Under the pieces are notes generated by a model. It made no database searches, was not told where the DNA came from, and saw only the letters and a list, made by a program, of their open reading frames with translations. The translations under genes and the position numbers were made by a program. A DNA stretch of 63,234 nt, counting the filler, from Octopus bimaculoides (Eukaryota), in NCBI RefSeq assembly GCF_001194135.2. It is 3 parts of 3 records of this genome, joined end to end, with 100 filler letters (N's around TTAATTAATTAA, not from the genome) between each part and the next. Parts side by side here need not be neighbours in the genome. Positions count along the whole stretch, not along the records: positions 58,523 to 63,234 come from NC_068984.1; 2 more parts are not named here. One strand, written 5' to 3'. Below are positions 62,576 to 63,234 of this stretch, piece by piece; within the stretch, counting starts at the first letter, position 1, and every line of letters begins with the position of its first letter.

Positions 62576-63234
62576 TCATACATGCACACACACACATATA
62601 TATATTAAGGAGATGTATAATATAAGATAAAATCAAATATTGGATTATTAAGATAATATAATACAATAAAAAGATATTATAACGAAAAGTAAAACTATGA
62701 TAAGGAATATATGTAGGATACAGTAATATTAAATCAAAAATCGGATGAATAATATTTGTTTGGCTTTCAGTAGCACAATTTCAAATTAAATTATTATATA
62801 ACAGTACAGTAAGGTGAGGAACATTAGATAGGACTGTAGATTTTATTTGTTGTATTCCACGATATACATCATGTTGGTTCGAAACTGACACATTAAATTG
62901 ATATGAAAGTGATTAATGTTAGGGTAAAGCATTATGTTTAAATTTGAGATTCAGAAGATTGTAAAAGCTATCGATTTAAAACTGGATATGTCGAGAATTT
63001 TACAAAAATGAGTTCAAAGTTTCACTTTCTAATATAATTGATGGACATATGTACATGTAGAGGTATATCGGTGTGTTTTAAGATAATGAAATGATATATT
63101 GCATTGAATTTTGTGAAAATAAAATAACATAGTGATAAGAACGGGTTAAGTATTAAAATTAAGAATATTGGAAGCATTTATACAAAATATTTATACATAA
63201 ATATATAATATGCATTATATATATATATATATAT

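Noticed and set aside
1322-63234. Long ORFs rich in HT/CV/YI/X in the ORF track (e.g. 42726-43916, 47249-48391, 12240-13109)
   Set aside because: They are translations of dinucleotide microsatellites and N-runs, with no coding signal.

Overview
AT-rich, microsatellite-saturated eukaryotic repeat DNA with many N-gaps. The tRNA-derived SINE families point to an octopus/cephalopod genome (inference from recalled family sequences, not a search). No host protein-coding gene can be supported; the long ORFs in the track are microsatellite or N-run artefacts. Recognisable content is nested, mostly decayed transposable elements: Penelope-like elements (RT + GIY-YIG; one uninterrupted 312-aa ORF, several inverted junctions, associated hammerhead-ribozyme-like motifs), Tc1/mariner remnants (DD34E and maT/DD37D-like), non-LTR retrotransposon fragments (Tx1/L1, R4/Dong-like, HERO-like, other RLE-type, RTE-like, CR1/L2-like) and more than 20 SINE copies from at least four modular families. 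Two 44N-TTAATTAATTAA-44N spacers show the window is three artificially joined scaffolds (1-27845, 27946-58422, 58523-63234). Best leads: a near-canonical type I hammerhead at 48216-48264 (-), a variant hammerhead at 55701-55737 (-), a three-way-junction element at 9104-9205, LINE fragments abutting microsatellites, and an unidentified dispersed repeat with a 47-bp identical core. No clearly novel multi-gene system was found.
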